A stretch of DNA of 64,000 nt from Kiritimatiellia bacterium (GTDB taxonomy: Bacteria; Verrucomicrobiota; Kiritimatiellia; RFP12; UBA1067), in the NCBI GenBank assembly GCA_017406465.1, contig JAFQYM010000015.1:622-64621 (forward strand), read 5' to 3'. Position numbers and translations under genes: made by a program. The notes under the pieces are model-generated. The model was not told the DNA's origin. It did no database searches and worked only from the letters and a program-made list of their open reading frames with translations. Below, in pieces: positions 1 through 9,400 of the stretch. Within the stretch, counting starts at the first letter, position 1, and every line of letters starts with the position of its first letter.

Positions 1-1
1 T

Positions 2-304
2 CCGGTCTGGGCGGCGACGCTTCTCCTGATGGGCGCGGGATTCTGCATCTACGGGCCGCAGGCGTTGGTCGGGATCGTGGCGGCCAACCAGGCGACGAAG
101 GAGGCGGCCGCCATGGCGAACGGCTTCACTGGGATCATGGGCTATGCCTCGACGACCGTCTCGGGCATAGGCATCGCGTTCATCGCCGAGCGCTTTGGCT
201 GGAGCGCGGCGCTTTGTGCGATCGCCATCTTCGCGCTTGTGGGCATGGCGCTCTTCTTGTGCGCGTGGTCCGCCAAGGCCGACGGCTACGCGCGCAAGTC
301 GTAG
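2..304 (+). CDS. 3' fragment of an MFS organophosphate:Pi antiporter-like transporter (UhpC/GlpT-like); the start lies upstream of the window
   Basis: Frame is open from the window edge to TAG at 302-304. TM-helix-rich sequence (GIVAANQATKEAAAMANGFTGIMGYASTTVSGIGIAFIAERFGW) resembles C-terminal helices of sugar-phosphate antiporters, by eye only. Confidence 0.5.
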   Translation, partial: PVWAATLLLMGAGFCIYGPQALVGIVAANQATKEAAAMANGFTGIMGYASTTVSGIGIAFIAERFGWSAALCAIAIFALVGMALFLCAWSAKADGYARKS

Positions 305-344
305 GGCAAGATAGCGCGCGGCAGATGACCGGCGGATGATAATT

Positions 345-353
345 TGGTATAAT
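345..353 (+). promoter_or_regulatory. extended -10 box TGGTATAAT, 7 nt upstream of the phoA-like ATG (leaderless-type)
   Basis: tggtataat at 345-353, then aatcaat, then ATG at 361. There is no room for a Shine-Dalgarno. Confidence 0.6.
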
Positions 354-360
354 AATCAAT

Positions 361-1767
361 ATGAAGAAAGTTGTTTTTCTGGTCTTGGCGGCAATCGCGG
401 CGTCTGCGTTTGCGGATAGGCCCAAGTATGTGTTCCTTTTCATTGGCGACGGGATGTCCGTTCCCCAGCGGATGACGGCCGATGAATTCTCGCGCAAGAG
501 CGGCGGCGGCCCTCTTGCGATGAACGCAATGCCTTTCAGCGCGATGACGCGCACCTGCTCTTCAGATTCGCTTGTCACGGACTCGGCTGCTGCGGCGACC
601 GCTATGGCTTGCGGCGTCAAGACAAAGAACCACTACGCCGGCGTCGACCCAGAGGGTAAGCCGCTGGTCTCTTCTGCAGCTGCCGCCAAGAAGGCTGGAG
701 TCAAGGTCGGCATATTGACGACCGTCACGATCACTCACGCGACGCCGGCCGGCTTCTACGCCCACCGCAAAAACCGCGGCGACACCTACGGCATCACCCT
801 CGATCTCGCCGACTCCGGTTTTGACTTCTTCGCTGGCGGCGGGCTCGACGTAAATCCCAAGAACGCGCTGAAGCACAAGCAGTACGAGGCGTGCGGCGAT
901 GCCTGCGAGTATGTCCGCTCCAAGGGGTACAAGATCGTCGAGACGAAGGACCGGTTTCTTTCGCTTAAGCCCGGCGACGGCAAGGTGCTTGCCATGTTTG
1001 CGAACGGCTCCCTTGACGCTGCTATCGATGCCGACGGCTCGCAACCGACGCTCTCCGAGATGGTTGCAAAGGCCATCGAGATGCTTGACGGGGACAACGG
1101 CTTCTTCATCATGGCCGAGGGCGGCAAGATCGACTGGTCCGGCCACGGCAACGACTCCGCGACGAACCTGCGCGACATCCTTGCGCTCGACGAGGCCGTC
1201 AAGACGGCGATTGCGTTTCAGGAGAAGCATCCCGACGACACGCTTATCGTCGTCACCGGCGACCACGAGACCGGCGGCATGTCGATGGGCTTTGCGGGGA
1301 CTGGCTACGCGCTCTACCTTGAACTCCTTTCTAACCAGACGATGTCCGTCTCCAAGTTCGGCGACAAGGTCACTGCCGCGTTCAAGGCCAATCCCAATCT
1401 CTCGTTCGACGATGTCAAGCCGATCATTTCCAAGGCGTTTGGCTTCAAGTTCGAGGGCGACGCGAAGAAGGACAAGATGGTCCTTTCCGCAGAGGATATC
1501 AAGGGCTTGGTCAAGGCGTTCGAGCACGATATCGAGTTCTATAGGGCGAAGATCGAGGAGAACTCGAAGTACGACGGCGTAAAGCGCTATCTCCTCGGCG
1601 GCGAATGCCGTCTCGTGATGTCGCACAAGTGCGGCATTGGCTGGAGCTGTGGCTCGCACACCGCGATGCCAGTTCTCTCGACCTCAAAGGGCCGCTGCGC
1701 AGAGAAGTTCTCCGGGTCTCTCGATAACACCGACATCGCCAAGGCGATGAAGGCGTTTTACGAATGA
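361..1767 (+). CDS. phoA: secreted alkaline phosphatase (PhoA family)
   Basis: Signal peptide MKKVVFLVLAAIAASAFA. Motifs FIGDGMS, TDSAAAATAMACGVKT (active-site Ser region) and GDHETGG. Confidence 0.9.
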   Translation: MKKVVFLVLAAIAASAFADRPKYVFLFIGDGMSVPQRMTADEFSRKSGGGPLAMNAMPFSAMTRTCSSDSLVTDSAAAATAMACGVKTKNHYAGVDPEGKPLVSSAAAAKKAGVKVGILTTVTITHATPAGFYAHRKNRGDTYGITLDLADSGFDFFAGGGLDVNPKNALKHKQYEACGDACEYVRSKGYKIVETKDRFLSLKPGDGKVLAMFANGSLDAAIDADGSQPTLSEMVAKAIEMLDGDNGFFIMAEGGKIDWSGHGNDSATNLRDILALDEAVKTAIAFQEKHPDDTLIVVTGDHETGGMSMGFAGTGYALYLELLSNQTMSVSKFGDKVTAAFKANPNLSFDDVKPIISKAFGFKFEGDAKKDKMVLSAEDIKGLVKAFEHDIEFYRAKIEENSKYDGVKRYLLGGECRLVMSHKCGIGWSCGSHTAMPVLSTSKGRCAEKFSGSLDNTDIAKAMKAFYE

Positions 1768-2864
1768 AAAAATTCGTTCCCGTCGTCGTTCTCGCGGTCT
1801 GCTGCGCCGCTCTCTTCTTCGTGCCGGGGCCGCAGCGCCTTGCGGACGACGGGGTTAGGACCGTCCGCGCCGAGGTAGTCGAGACCGACGATTCGGGATT
1901 GCAGCTCCACGGGCTCGTCGAGTTCGGCACCCAACGGCTTAGAGTGCGGCTTCCCGACGGGCGGCTCTTCGCGGCCGCAAACGAGCTTCGCGCGCAGATG
2001 GAGCTTGACAAGAAGTTTTCGGCGGGCGACACGGCGCTTGTCGTCCTTCCCCCCAATGCGGCGGAAAACGACGTGCTTGTCGCGCGCGACCATTGGCGCA
2101 TGGGCTGGGGTTTCGCGTTCTTCGCCGGGTTCTGCATCCTCCTTTGCGTGTTTGGCGGCTGGACCGGGGCAAAGGCGCTCTTCAGCTTCGTCTTCAGCTG
2201 TCTTGTCGTCTGGAAGCTCCTCATCCCGCTTGTCCTCGCCGGATGGCATGCCTCTACGGTCGTGTTTCTTTCCGTCGCAGTGCTTACCGGCGTCATCATG
2301 TATCTCGTCGCAGGGTGGAACAAGAAGGGCTTTTCCGCTTTCGCGGGCTCGTTGCTCGGCGTCGTCGCCTCGCTTGCGCTCGCCCACTTCTTCGGACGCG
2401 TCATGAACGTCAACGGCGCGACGATGCCTTTTGCCCAGCAGCTGCTTTATTCCGGCTTTTCGTGGATGAATTTGCAGGACGTCTTCATGGGCGCGATCGT
2501 GCTCGCGTCCTCCGGCGCCGTCATGGACCTCGGCATGGACATAGCGGCGGGCGTGGAGGAAGTGCATCGGCACAGTCCAGCCCTTGGCTTCCGCGAGCTT
2601 GCGGCGTCGGGCTTCCGGATAGGGAGGGCCGTGGTGGGGACGATGACGACCACGCTCCTTCTCGCGTATTCGGGCGGATACATCACGTTGCTCATGGTAT
2701 TCGCGGCCCAGGGCACATCTCCCGTTGATTTCCTCAACTCCACCCTCGTCTCCGCCGAGCTGGTCAAGACGCTAGTCGGGAGCTTCGGCCTAGTTCTCGT
2801 CGCTCCGGCGACCGCCGTGGTCTCCGCGGCAATCTTCTCGCGTGGCGGCAGGGGTGCAATTTGA
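1764..2864 (+). CDS. YibE/F-like polytopic membrane protein
   Basis: ATGA overlap with the phoA-like stop. N-terminal TM helix, a soluble segment, then ~6 TM helices; family resemblance by eye. Confidence 0.55.
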   Translation: MKKFVPVVVLAVCCAALFFVPGPQRLADDGVRTVRAEVVETDDSGLQLHGLVEFGTQRLRVRLPDGRLFAAANELRAQMELDKKFSAGDTALVVLPPNAAENDVLVARDHWRMGWGFAFFAGFCILLCVFGGWTGAKALFSFVFSCLVVWKLLIPLVLAGWHASTVVFLSVAVLTGVIMYLVAGWNKKGFSAFAGSLLGVVASLALAHFFGRVMNVNGATMPFAQQLLYSGFSWMNLQDVFMGAIVLASSGAVMDLGMDIAAGVEEVHRHSPALGFRELAASGFRIGRAVVGTMTTTLLLAYSGGYITLLMVFAAQGTSPVDFLNSTLVSAELVKTLVGSFGLVLVAPATAVVSAAIFSRGGRGAI

Positions 2865-2870
2865 TATAAT
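2862..2870 (+). promoter_or_regulatory. extended -10 box TGATATAAT, 6 nt upstream of the uvrB ATG
   Basis: tgatataat at 2862-2870, then gtcccc, then ATG at 2877. Confidence 0.6.
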
Positions 2871-2876
2871 GTCCCC

Positions 2877-4853
2877 ATGGCGAAGACCGAGGGCACATTC
2901 ACTCTCAAGTCCAAGTTCAAGCCGACTGGCGACCAGCCGGAGGCGATCGCCGCGCTCTACGAGGGGCTGAAGCGCGGCGAGAGTCGGCTTGTCCTCCAGG
3001 GCGTAACGGGCTCGGGGAAGACCTTCACGATGGCGAACCTCATCGCGAAGTGGGGCCGGCCGACGCTAATTCTCTCGCACAACAAGACGCTCGCCGCCCA
3101 GCTTTTCGCAGAGCTTAAGGAGTTTTTTCCCGAGAATGCGGTAGAGTATTTCATTTCGTACTACGACTACTACCAGCCCGAGGCATACATCCCGCAGACC
3201 GATACCTACATCGAAAAAGACGCGTCTATAAACGAGGAAATCGAGCGTTACCGCCTCGCCGCGACGAATGCGCTCATAGCGCGGCGTGACGTCATCGTGG
3301 TCTCGTCAGTGAGCTGCATCTACGGCCTCGGCGAGTCGGACGAATACCGCGATCTCGCCGTTGGCTTCAAGGTTGGCGAGGCGCTGTCGCGCGAGCGCCT
3401 TCTTGCTCGGCTTGTCGAGGCACAGTATGTCAGGAACGACTACGACTTCGCGCCCGGCGCGTTCCGCGTGCGCGGCGACGTTGTGGACATCTTCCCCGCC
3501 TACGAGACTAAGGCGATCAGGGTCGAGTTCTTTGGCGACGAGATCGACTCGATCCGCGAGCTTGACCCGCTTACAGGTAAATGCGGCGTCTCGATGCCTG
3601 CTGCCGTCGTAACGCCCGCCAAGCAGTTCGTGATGGGCAAGGACAAGTTCGAGGCGGCGTTCGCGAGGATTGAGGCCGAGCTTGATGACCGTTTGAAGTT
3701 CTTCTCCTCCAAGGGAAAGCTCCTTGAGGCGCAGCGGCTAAAGGAGCGGACGGAATACGACGTCGAGATGATGCGCGAACTTGGCTACTGCAATGGCATC
3801 GAGAACTACTCGCGCCCGCTTTCTGGGCGCGCGCCCGGCTCGCCGCCAGAGTGTCTTCTTGACTATTTCCCCGACGATTTCCTCACGATCATCGACGAGA
3901 GCCATGTCTCAGTGCCGCAGATACGCGCGATGTACAACGGCGACCAGGCAAGAAAGCAGAAACTCGTCGACTTCGGCTTTCGGCTTCCGAGCGCGAAGGA
4001 CAACAGGCCCTTGAAGTTTGACGAGTTCAATGCCAAGGTCCACCAGATAGTCTACTGCTCGGCGACTCCGGGCGACTACGAGTACGAACAGTCGAAGACG
4101 GTCGCTGAGCAGGTGATACGCCCGACAGGGCTTCTCGATCCCGTAATCGAGCTACGCCCGCTCGCGAACCAGATAGACGATCTCGTTGCGGAGATCAAGC
4201 GCGTCGTCGAGCAGAAGGACCGCGTCTTCGTCACTACGCTAACAAAGCGCTCGTCGGAAGACTTGACACAGTATCTTCACGGCACCGGCATCCGCGTAGA
4301 GTACCTTCACAGCGACATCGACGCGATCGAGCGCGTCTCGATTCTGCACCGGCTGAGGAAGGGCGAGTTCGACGTGCTTGTCGGGATCAACCTCCTGCGC
4401 GAAGGCCTCGACCTTCCGGAAGTCGCGCTCGTCGCGATTCTTGACGCCGACAAGGAAGGGTTTCTTAGGTCGACGACTTCACTCGTGCAGACTGCTGGTC
4501 GGACGGCTCGCCACGAGAAGGGGCGCGTCATACTCTACGCAGACAAGAAGACGGATGCGATCAAGGACTTGCTGCGCATTACGAAGGCGCACAGGAAAAA
4601 GCAGATCGCCTACAACGAGAAGCACGGTATCGTGCCAAAGTCTGTAAAGCGCGCGATAAACGAGTCGGCGTACGTCTTTGCGGCCGGCTCCGCGGCGACT
4701 GCGGCTCCCAGCACGCGCGACGGGATACCCGTCGCGGACATCTTGGCGGAACTCGAGCGCGACATGCTCGAAGCGGCGGACAATCTCGAATTCGAACGCG
4801 CGGCGTATCTGCGCGACCAGATAAGGAAGCTTAAGGGAAAGAGTCGCTCCTAA
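2877..4853 (+). CDS. uvrB: excinuclease ABC subunit B
   Basis: Walker A GSGKTFTMAN, YYDYYQPEAY, IIDESHV, helicase C-terminal motifs, and a C-terminal UVR domain (EFERAAYLRDQIRKL). 658 aa. Confidence 0.97.
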   Translation: MAKTEGTFTLKSKFKPTGDQPEAIAALYEGLKRGESRLVLQGVTGSGKTFTMANLIAKWGRPTLILSHNKTLAAQLFAELKEFFPENAVEYFISYYDYYQPEAYIPQTDTYIEKDASINEEIERYRLAATNALIARRDVIVVSSVSCIYGLGESDEYRDLAVGFKVGEALSRERLLARLVEAQYVRNDYDFAPGAFRVRGDVVDIFPAYETKAIRVEFFGDEIDSIRELDPLTGKCGVSMPAAVVTPAKQFVMGKDKFEAAFARIEAELDDRLKFFSSKGKLLEAQRLKERTEYDVEMMRELGYCNGIENYSRPLSGRAPGSPPECLLDYFPDDFLTIIDESHVSVPQIRAMYNGDQARKQKLVDFGFRLPSAKDNRPLKFDEFNAKVHQIVYCSATPGDYEYEQSKTVAEQVIRPTGLLDPVIELRPLANQIDDLVAEIKRVVEQKDRVFVTTLTKRSSEDLTQYLHGTGIRVEYLHSDIDAIERVSILHRLRKGEFDVLVGINLLREGLDLPEVALVAILDADKEGFLRSTTSLVQTAGRTARHEKGRVILYADKKTDAIKDLLRITKAHRKKQIAYNEKHGIVPKSVKRAINESAYVFAAGSAATAAPSTRDGIPVADILAELERDMLEAADNLEFERAAYLRDQIRKLKGKSRS

Positions 4854-4884
4854 AAGTCTGCAGGTAGCAGGCGAGGCGCGGGCA

Positions 4885-5475
4885 TCAGCGGCGCCTGATC
4901 GGCTTTGCGGCGGCTTTCTGCGCCGCCCTTGCGCTATGCGCTGCGGCCTTTTGGGCGGATTGAGAACTGCGCATGGCGGCTTTCTGCATTGTCATGGCAT
5001 TGTTTGTCGCGGCCCTCTGTGCAGTTGCGTTGGCGTGCATGACAACTTTCTGCGTCGATGCCGCATGGTGTGCGGCTGTCTTTTGCACTGCCTGCAGGTT
5101 ATGAGTAGCGGCTTTCTGCGTTGCCTGCACGTTGTGGACGACGGGATTTTGCGGCGGCCGGCCGGGATTGTTGTGTCCGGGTCCGTTGTGATGAACCCCG
5201 CTGTGGTGGCCGTGGTGGCTTGGCGGCCTGTCCCCGCGATGCCTGTAGGAGCCATCGTAATAGTAAACGTCGTCGTAATAGTACGTGTCGGGATAATAGG
5301 TTGTCGTGGTGCTGTAGGTAACCGGCGTCACGTAGGCCGGCTCTGTGACGTATGTTGTCGCTGGCGCGACATAGGTCGGCGTACGGCGGTAGACCGGCTG
5401 TTCGTATGCGACGCATCCCGAGCAGTAGATGCAAAGCGCCGTTACCGGAAGAAGCATTTTTGTCGTGTTGTTCAT
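4885..5475 (-). CDS. hypothetical low-complexity lipoprotein (Tyr-rich, His-rich, Q-K-A repeat tail)
   Basis: Signal/lipobox-like N-terminus (LLPVTALCIYCSGC). YY-rich block, HHGHHSGVHHNGPGHN block, then degenerate A-x-Q-K-x-A-A repeats. A TGGTATAAT box lies on the - strand in 5476-5620 with a plausible RBS. Confidence 0.55.
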   Translation of the reverse strand: MNNTTKMLLPVTALCIYCSGCVAYEQPVYRRTPTYVAPATTYVTEPAYVTPVTYSTTTTYYPDTYYYDDVYYYDGSYRHRGDRPPSHHGHHSGVHHNGPGHNNPGRPPQNPVVHNVQATQKAATHNLQAVQKTAAHHAASTQKVVMHANATAQRAATNNAMTMQKAAMRSSQSAQKAAAHSARAAQKAAAKPIRRR

Positions 5476-5602
5476 GATACACCTGCCTTTCTGTTTACAC
5501 GATGTGAGGGAATCTCGCTCCCGATTTCTGACAGAAAAAGATTTCGGCTACATTATACCAAAATGCAGGGATGATGTCAGTATTGCCTTTTTTGGCTGAA
5601 AA

Positions 5603-5611
5603 TGAGATAAT
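5603..5611 (+). promoter_or_regulatory. extended -10-like box TGAGATAAT, 9 nt upstream of the tyrA ATG
   Basis: tgagataat at 5603-5611, then ttttgccgt, then ATG at 5621. Confidence 0.45.
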
Positions 5612-5620
5612 TTTTGCCGT

Positions 5621-6409
5621 ATGCGAATAGCGATAATAGGCAAAGGGCTAATCGGAGGGTCGTTCGAGAAGGCGGCGAAGCGCGCTGGGCACGAGGCGGC
5701 GATTTTCGACAAGGGCGAGGATTTTCGCGTCGAGGACGCGGAAGTCGTCTTTGTCGCCGTTCCGCCGTCGGCTGTCGTAGCGGTCGTCGACGCGATTGCG
5801 CCTCGGCTTAAGGAAGGGGCGGTTGTGGTCGATGCGACCGGCGTGAAGACTCTCGTCTGCGATGCGCTTCGCAAATACGCTTTCGAGACGCGCTGGGTGT
5901 TTGTCGGCGGACATCCCATGGCCGGCAAGGAGAAGAACGGCTACGAAAATTCCGACGCCGATCTCTTCGACGGCGCGTCGATGATCTTGACGCCTTACCC
6001 TACATACGGCCGCGCACCTCTCGACAAGCTCGAGAAACTTTTGAAGGAACTCGGTTTCGCGCGGATCGTCTATACCGATCCCAAGCACCACGACGAGATG
6101 ATCGCGTTCACTAGCCAGCTTTGCCACTTAATCTCCTCGGCCTACGTCCGCGAGCCGCTTGCGAAGGACCATGTCGGCTACTCGGCGGGAAGCTTCCGCG
6201 ACATGGCGCGTGTCGGTGCGCCTGATCCCGACACGTGGACGGAGCTTTTCTTCGCCAACCGCGACGCTCTTCTCCCGATACTTGAGCGCTACATCAACCG
6301 CCTCGACGATTTCCGCGGCGCACTTGCCGCGGACGACCGTGCGCGACTCCACGCCGCGCTTGAAGACGGCGTCGCAGCAAAGGCACAGTTTGGAAAGGGA
6401 CTAAAATGA
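5621..6409 (+). CDS. tyrA: prephenate dehydrogenase
   Basis: Rossmann motif MRIAIIGKGLIGGS, GGHPMAG motif; 262 aa. Confidence 0.85.
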   Translation: MRIAIIGKGLIGGSFEKAAKRAGHEAAIFDKGEDFRVEDAEVVFVAVPPSAVVAVVDAIAPRLKEGAVVVDATGVKTLVCDALRKYAFETRWVFVGGHPMAGKEKNGYENSDADLFDGASMILTPYPTYGRAPLDKLEKLLKELGFARIVYTDPKHHDEMIAFTSQLCHLISSAYVREPLAKDHVGYSAGSFRDMARVGAPDPDTWTELFFANRDALLPILERYINRLDDFRGALAADDRARLHAALEDGVAAKAQFGKGLK

Positions 6410-9400
6410 AAAAAACGATGATTGCATCTCTGACCGCGCTTTTTGCGTTGGCCGTCTACGCGAAGACTTCTACGCCCGAGGGATGGCTCGACGACTACGA
6501 CGCCGCGCTTAAGAAGGCCGCGGCCGAGAACAAGCACGTCGTGGTCGATTTCTCCGGAAGCGACTGGTGCGGCTGGTGCAAGCGGCTCGACAAGGAGGTG
6601 TTCGCGACAGACGAATTCAAGAAGGCCGCGTCGGAGAAGTACGTCCTCCTGATGGTGGACTCGCCGATGAAAAAGTCGCTTTTGACGCCGAAGGCCGCCA
6701 AGGAGAACCCGAAGCTCGTCGAGAAGTTCGGCGTGAATGGCTTCCCCACGGTCGTCGTCCTCGACCCGAAGGGCGAGGAGGTGTGCCGTCTTGGCTATGA
6801 GAAGGGCGGGCCCGCGAAGTACATCGAGAAGCTCGACGCCGAGATACGCGATGCGCCGGACGTCAAGAAGTACATCAAGCCGATAGAGGATGTCCTTAAC
6901 TCCCATGACAACAAGATGGAAGAGGAGTCCCGTGCCGTGATGGAGAAGGTCGAGAAGAAGTTTCCGAAGCCGAAAGAGGGGGCGTCGAAATCAGAGCTTC
7001 GCAAGTATCGACGCGAGGCGATGAAATACGCGCAGCAGGTCATGTTTGAAGAGGTCTACGCCAAGTACGTTCCGCTCTATGACAAGGCGTTCGCCGAGGC
7101 GAAGGCGATGAAGGTCCCCGCGAACATGGAGTCGCGCAAGAAGGATTTAATCGACGAGCAGGAGTCGCGCTTCGAAATGCTCAAGACCGCGCTCAAGGCG
7201 TACGAGGAGGCGAAGAAGTCTGGGAAGCTCGATGTCGAAGAAGACGACGATGAAGGCGAGGACGATGAAGATGATGAAGATGAAGACGACGAGGGCTTTG
7301 GCGGCGGACTTGATTCGTGGCTAAAGGACTGGAGCGAAAACATCAAGACGAACACGGCGATCGAGACATGCGCGACGTTCCGCGAGGCGAAGCTGCGTCC
7401 CTTCCTCATGGCGCAGATGGACCCCGGAGGGACGGCTACGGCGGACGAACGCAAGGTTCTCAACGCGTCAATCAACCATATTTTCGGCGACAGCGGATAC
7501 AAGCACTTCAAGGACCGCAAGAAACTCGTCGAGATACTCGACCGCACCGCTAAAAAGCCGTTCGCGGCGATGGTTCGCGCGCTTTCCGACAACAAGGGCA
7601 TTTCCGATCCCATGGCCGACTGGATAATTGACGGCGATTTCCACGGCGAAGACATGCGTTGCGTGTTCTGGACGATCCGCAACAACGGCGTGTTCGACTC
7701 TGCGGGGGCGAAGGTCCTCGAGAAGATCGAGAAGTCGTCGGTCGACGAATGGCTCAAGGTGCTTCTGCGCATCGACGTCGAGCGTGACGCCGCGTGGAAG
7801 GCCCGCGGCGGCGGGTACGCCAACACGGTCACCGAGGAGGGGTGGAATGGCTACAGCAACCACGGCGACGCCTGCAAGGCCGCGTTCAAGCGCGCGATGG
7901 AGCTCCACGACTATCCCGAGCCCGCCTACCTGTTCTCGTCGCTCGGGCCGTTCGACGACAAGATCTTCGTTGCGGCGACCTCGAAGCAGCTCGACTTCGA
8001 CGGCTTCTACGGTAACTTCCTCTGGTACAACTGCTATCCGCGCTGGTGCGGGTCGCTTGCGAAGATGAAGGCGTTTGCCGAGCGCTGCTACGAGACAAAG
8101 CGGCACGACACGATGATTCCCTACATGTACGCGGAGTCAATGCTGAGAATGGCCAAGGACTCCGGCGAAAAGCAGGAGGTGTACTTCCGCGCACATCCCG
8201 AGGAGCTCGACAAGATCATAGAGGTGTGCCTTCCGCAGATATCCAACACAAACGCGTTTGAAAAGGTGCGCCAGGAGGCGGGCGCCATCGCGACGCTCGC
8301 ATATTCCATCAAGGGCGACTGGGAGAACGCGGGCAAGACCTGGAACTCGTTCTGGCACGGGACGCTTCCGGCCGAGGCGTGGAGTGTCGTCCAGGAACTC
8401 AGCCACTGGTGGATGATCTGGGACGGCATTTCCGGCAGGAACCGCAAGGAGATGCAGCGTCTGCATGCGTTGTTCGTTGCCGGTGACTTCGCGGGGCTTA
8501 TCAAGGGAATCGAGGAGCTACGCGCGGGCGGCGCGAAGCTGGACGACAAGGAAAGGGTCTACCTCGACGAGATGACGATCACGGCACGCATCAAGACCGA
8601 CTTTCCCGCAGGTAGGCCAATCACTGCAAGCTTCCCGAAGGACAAGACGTCCTGGCTGACTTACGGCGGCCACTGGCGCATGAACGGCGAGTACGCGTAT
8701 CCTGGCAAAGACTACCGCGCTTCCTGCCCCATCGAGTGGGACGTCCTCATCCCCGGAGAGTTCAGGCTCGAGCTCGAGCTATCGCCGGAGCCGAAACGCG
8801 AAACGTGGCGCTTCGACTTCTGCCAGAAGCCTGCTGATCCAGCGCTTGCCAAAAGAGACTATCCTTACCTCATGCTCCGATTCTCGAAAGACGGCGCTAC
8901 CGCGGTGTTCGGCGAGTGGGACGAGGTTAAGGACGACGGAAGCGGAACGCCCGTTCCGTTCGCGTATGCTGGCGGGAACGTGCGCCTCGCCATCGTTTAC
9001 AGTGACGGCAGGGCTTCGGCATTCGTCAACGGCTCGGAGAAGCCGGTAATCGAGTCGGAAGACTTTGCTCGCTTGCTGAAAGCCATTTCCGAGGGCAAGT
9101 TCCAGTTCAACGGGGCAGGTGTGCGCCTTCTCTCCCTGAAGGTAATGCGTCCCGGCGCGACGAAAGACAAGTGTGGCGCCGCCGGGCAGGAACCCCAAGC
9201 CCTTTCAGAGGCGCTGAAGGCTGCCATTGCGTCGCTTGCGACGCCAATGAGCGAAATCGTCAAGAACAAGGCGTATTCCGGCGGATGGGGCTATGACGAG
9301 AAAACGGCTGTTGTCATTTCGGCGGAGGATGAAATCTCCGGAGTAGAACTTGAGCGGCCGTTCCTGCTCCTGCGCAGCCAAAGCGAAGTCATTGCCGCGT

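Noticed and set aside
562-1659. Long antisense or alternate-frame ORFs in GC-rich genes. Examples: 562-1659(-), 1511-2413(-), 6289-6906(-), 11280-11996(-), 12377-13468(-), 13437-14174(-), 15134-16495(-), 16617-17936(-), 18048-19568(-), 19565-20710(-), 40317-41318(-), 43205-43969(-), 52384-53424(-), 54371-55846(-), 56063-56875(-), 57521-58417(-).
   Set aside because: Their products are Arg/Ala/Gly/Val-rich with no motifs. Each lies opposite a gene with clear family motifs. Stop-free antisense frames are expected in high-GC DNA.
7240-7300. A GA-rich DNA repeat (gaagaHga units) as a non-coding repeat or regulatory element.
   Set aside because: It lies in frame within the 1063-aa gene and simply encodes a poly-Asp/Glu linker, so it is coding low complexity rather than an independent element.
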